DNA of 64,000 nucleotides from Escherichia coli (GTDB lineage Bacteria; Pseudomonadota; Gammaproteobacteria; Enterobacterales; Enterobacteriaceae): NCBI RefSeq assembly GCF_044324785.1, contig NZ_CP172127.1; one strand, 5' to 3'. Shown piece by piece: positions 60,749 to 64,000 of this stretch (position 1 is its first letter; each line of letters starts with the position of its first letter). The notes under the pieces were generated by a model. It saw only the letters and a program-made list of their open reading frames with translations, ran no database searches and was not told where the DNA came from. The position numbers and the translations under genes were made by a program.

Positions 60749-61756
60749 GTGAAAAAGCAATGGATTGTTGGTACGGCGCTGTTTATGTTGATGACTGGTA
60801 ATGTCCGGGCAGATGGTGAACCGCCAACTGAAAATATCTTAAAAGATCAATTCAAAAAGCAGTATCACGGCATTCTCAAGCTTGATGTCATCACCTTAAA
60901 AAATCTTGATGCTAAGGGTAATCAGGCCACCTGGTCAGCGGAAGGCGATGTCTCTTCCAGTGACGATCTCTATACCTGGGTCGGTCAGTTGGCAGATTAC
61001 GAGCTGCTCGAACAGACCTGGACGAAAGATAAACCGGTGAAATTCTCGGCGATGTTAACCAGTAAAGGAACGCCCGCGTCTGGCTGGTCGGTGAACTTTT
61101 ACTCTTTTCAGGCGGCAGCCAGCGATCGTGGGCGGGTGGTTGACGATATCAAAACCAATAATAAATATCTGATCGTGAATAGCGAAGATTTCAATTATCG
61201 CTTTAGTCAGCTTGAGTCTGCGTTGAATAACCAGAATAACTCGATTCCTGCACTGAAAAAGGATGTAAAAGCGCTTGATAAGCAAATGGTGGCGGCGCAG
61301 AAAGCAGCGGATGCATATTGGGGAAAAGATGCAAACGGTAAGCAAATGACCCGCGAAGACGCCTTTAAAAAAATTCACCAACAGCGTGATGATTTTAATA
61401 AACAGAACGATAGTGAGGCGTTCGCGGTTAAATATGACAAAGAGGTTTATCAACCGGCGATTGCGGCATGTCATAAACAGAGTGAAGAGTGTTATGAAGT
61501 GCCAATTCAGCAGAAACGAGATTTTGATATCAATGAACAACGGCGACAGACTTTTCTGCAATCACAAAAACTTAGCCGTAAATTGCAGGATGACTGGATA
61601 ACGCTCGAAAAAGGGCAATATCCGTTAACGATGAAAGTTTCAGAAATAAACAGTAAAAAAGTCACGATTTTGATGAAAATTGACGATATCAACCAGGCTA
61701 ATGAACGCTGGAAAAAAGATACCGAACAATTGCGGCGCAATGGGGTGATTAAGTAA
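60749..61756 (+). CDS. yggM: secreted protein YggM
   Basis: 335 aa with signal peptide; synteny. Confidence 0.8.
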   Translation: MKKQWIVGTALFMLMTGNVRADGEPPTENILKDQFKKQYHGILKLDVITLKNLDAKGNQATWSAEGDVSSSDDLYTWVGQLADYELLEQTWTKDKPVKFSAMLTSKGTPASGWSVNFYSFQAAASDRGRVVDDIKTNNKYLIVNSEDFNYRFSQLESALNNQNNSIPALKKDVKALDKQMVAAQKAADAYWGKDANGKQMTREDAFKKIHQQRDDFNKQNDSEAFAVKYDKEVYQPAIAACHKQSEECYEVPIQQKRDFDINEQRRQTFLQSQKLSRKLQDDWITLEKGQYPLTMKVSEINSKKVTILMKIDDINQANERWKKDTEQLRRNGVIK

Positions 61757-61820
61757 TTTTTGCGATGACGCAAGAGTTGTAGCCGGATGTTGCGTACACG
61801 CCGCATCCGGCAATACAAAT

Positions 61821-62957
61821 TTACTCAGCCAGAAAAAGCTCCAGCAGCGAATTTAAAAACAACTTCCCATGTTCCGTTATCTGCCAGTAATCCGCACATT
61901 CTGTGAGATAACCCTGAGCGATAGCCTCGTCTAACTGTGGGCGAATAACCTCTTCTGAAAGGCCAGTATACTGGCTAAACTCCACGCGCGGCGCGGCTTC
62001 CAGCAAACGGAAGCGATTCATAAAGAACTCAAATGGTTTATCTGCGGCTTCGACATCACGCTGGCTTTCCAGATACCGCCCCTGCATAAAACCACGTGGA
62101 TGACGCGTTTTGGTGGTACGCAGAATGCGCCCATCCGGGAAGGTCACTTTGCCATGCGCGCCGCAGCCAATACCGATGTAGTCACCAAAGCGCCAGTAGT
62201 TGAGATTGTGCTGGCACTGATAACCGGGTTTGGCGTAAGCGGAAGTTTCATATTGCTGATAACCCGCTGCGGTTAATAACTGATGCCCCTGTTCGAAAAT
62301 GTCCCACAGCGCGTCATCGTCCGGCAGTACAGGAGGGCGCGAGCCAAACAGCGTATTGGGTTCGATGGTCAGTTGATACCAGGAAAGATGCGGCGGATTC
62401 AGTTCAATGGCCTGGCGTAGATCGCCTAGCGCCTCTTCCAGTGATTGATCCGGTAGCCCATGCATCAAATCGAGGTTAAAGCTACGTAACCCTAAACCGC
62501 TCGCCAGATTTGCCGCTCGTTTCGCTTCTTGCGGGCCATGAATGCGCCCAAGTCGTTTCAGCTTTTCTTCGCTAAAACTCTGTACGCCAATGGAGATGCG
62601 GTTCACACCAGCACGCTGATAATCAACAAAGCGATCGGCTTCAACCGTACCAGGGTTCGCTTCCATCGTAATTTCTGCATCCGCTGCCAGCGGCAAACGC
62701 GCACGTACGCCGTTCAGCAGCGTTTGCATCGCCGGGCCGGAAAGCAGGCTCGGCGTACCACCGCCAATAAAGATTGTCTTTACTTCACGGCCCTGAGCGT
62801 AAGCCACATCGTTGTCCAGATCGTTAAGCAGATGCTGAACATAATCGTCGTGCGGCACTTCTCCTTTCAACGCGTGAGAGTTGAAATCGCAGTACGGGCA
62901 TTTCTGCACGCACCACGGGATGTGAATGTAGAGACTCAGCGGCGGTAATTTAACCAT
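61821..62957 (-). CDS. hemW: radical SAM heme chaperone HemW (YggW)
   Basis: 378 aa; CxxxCxxC motif CVQKCPYC. Confidence 0.9.
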
Positions 62958-63543
62958 TACGTAAAGCGTCCAGCAGCAGTTTCAACGCCTGACCACGGTG
63001 GGAAATGGCGCTCTTTTCTTCGCGGGTCAGTTCGGCAGCGGTTTTCCCTTCGGAAGGTACGAAGAAGATTGGATCATAACCAAAGCCACCAGTGCCCGCT
63101 GGTTCACGAGTAATCACGCCTGGCCAGCTACCGTGGCATACCAGCGGAGTGGGATCTTCCGCGTGACGCAGATATACCAGCACGCAGTGGAAACGCGCCT
63201 GACGTTGGTCGTCCGGTACGTCTTTCATTGTTTCCAGCAGTTTTTGCAGATTCTTTTGATCGGTCGCGTCTTCACCGGAATAACGCGCGGAGTAAATACC
63301 CGGCGCGCCACCCAGCGCATCTACCGCCAGACCGGAGTCGTCGGCAATTGCCGGTAAACCGGTCACTTTTGCCGCATGGCGCGCTTTCAGAATCGCGTTT
63401 TCGATAAAGGTCAGGCCGGTTTCTTCAGCGGAATCTACGCCGAGGTCTGTTTGGGCAACGATATCAAGACCGAAGTCGCTAAGCAGCGACGCCAGCTCAC
63501 GCACTTTACCGGCATTGCCGGTTGCGAGGACAACTTTTTGCAT
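62950..63543 (-). CDS. rdgB: dITP/XTP pyrophosphatase RdgB
   Basis: 197 aa [16 protein letters not shown]... Confidence 0.9.
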
Positions 63544-63550
63544 AGGATAC

Positions 63551-63841
63551 CTAATTAATTAACGCCGCGATTTCTGGCGGGATTTGTTGCGGATTAATGA
63601 TTTTAATTTGTTTGTGGCGGCCAAGTTCGCCTTTTTCAATCACCACCTGGCTTTTGGCAACCCGGAATAGCTTACCGAGAAACTTCACCAGATGGCTGTT
63701 GGCCTGGCCGTCAACCGGCGGCGCGGTAATGGCGACTTTTACCTCGTCGCCATGTAAACCGACAATAGAATCACGGCTGGCTTTCGGCTGAATATAGAGC
63801 CGTAAAACCAGACCGTCATCATTAACTGTTACGGCACTCAT
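63551..63841 (-). CDS. yggU: DUF167 protein YggU
   Basis: 96 aa from [20 protein letters not shown]. Confidence 0.85.
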
Positions 63842-64000
63842 AACGCCATCCACAGCCCCGGCAGCAGCATATTTCCGGTCGCCTGCAAGACTTCTGCGAC
63901 ACCCATATTGATGACATACAGCAGCAGAACGAGGATCATCGGCGAGAAATCAATCCCACCCATTGCCGGTAGCAAGCGGCGAATCGGGCGCAGCAGCGGA
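63838..64000 (-). CDS. yggT: YggT family membrane protein, C-terminal part (5' end beyond window)
   Basis: frame ends ...PGLWMAL with TGA overlapping yggU ATG; synteny. Confidence 0.65.
   Translation of the reverse strand, partial: PLLRPIRRLLPAMGGIDFSPMILVLLLYVINMGVAEVLQATGNMLLPGLWMAL

Overview
The first ~49.7 kb of this window is the right-hand part of a large integrated genomic island, an integrative conjugative element (ICE) of the PFL_47xx / PAPI-1 / SPI-7-like kind, inserted at the 3' end of tRNA-Phe (pheV). The remaining ~14 kb is conserved Escherichia coli-type chromosome (yqgA, speC, nupG, mltC, yggX, mutY, trmB, yggL, yggN, ansB, yggM, hemW, rdgB, yggU, yggT'). Island content, left to right: a GC-rich type IV secretion core (VirB4/TraC-like ATPase, TraU-like, TraG-N-like); an AT-rich accessory block (lipoprotein, orphan rpmE2, two unknown genes); a plasmid-leading-region-like module with two ~310-bp composite repeats flanking a tyrosine recombinase, then ardA and hairpin-separated small genes; an AT-rich Type III restriction-modification pair (mod-res) preceded by a (TTGCG)x30 tract inside a leader ORF; a higBA remnant split by an internally deleted IS629-like element; an autotransporter fragment; an R64-type thin-pilus operon (pilL to pilV) with Rci and a four-repeat shufflon; a UvrD-like helicase; and a tyrosine integrase next to pheV. 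The strongest candidates for something new are the repeat-tract leader upstream of mod and the twin composite repeats around the recombinase. No rRNA or CRISPR array was found. All assignments were made by eye from the translations and sequence; no searches were run, and family names are from memory.
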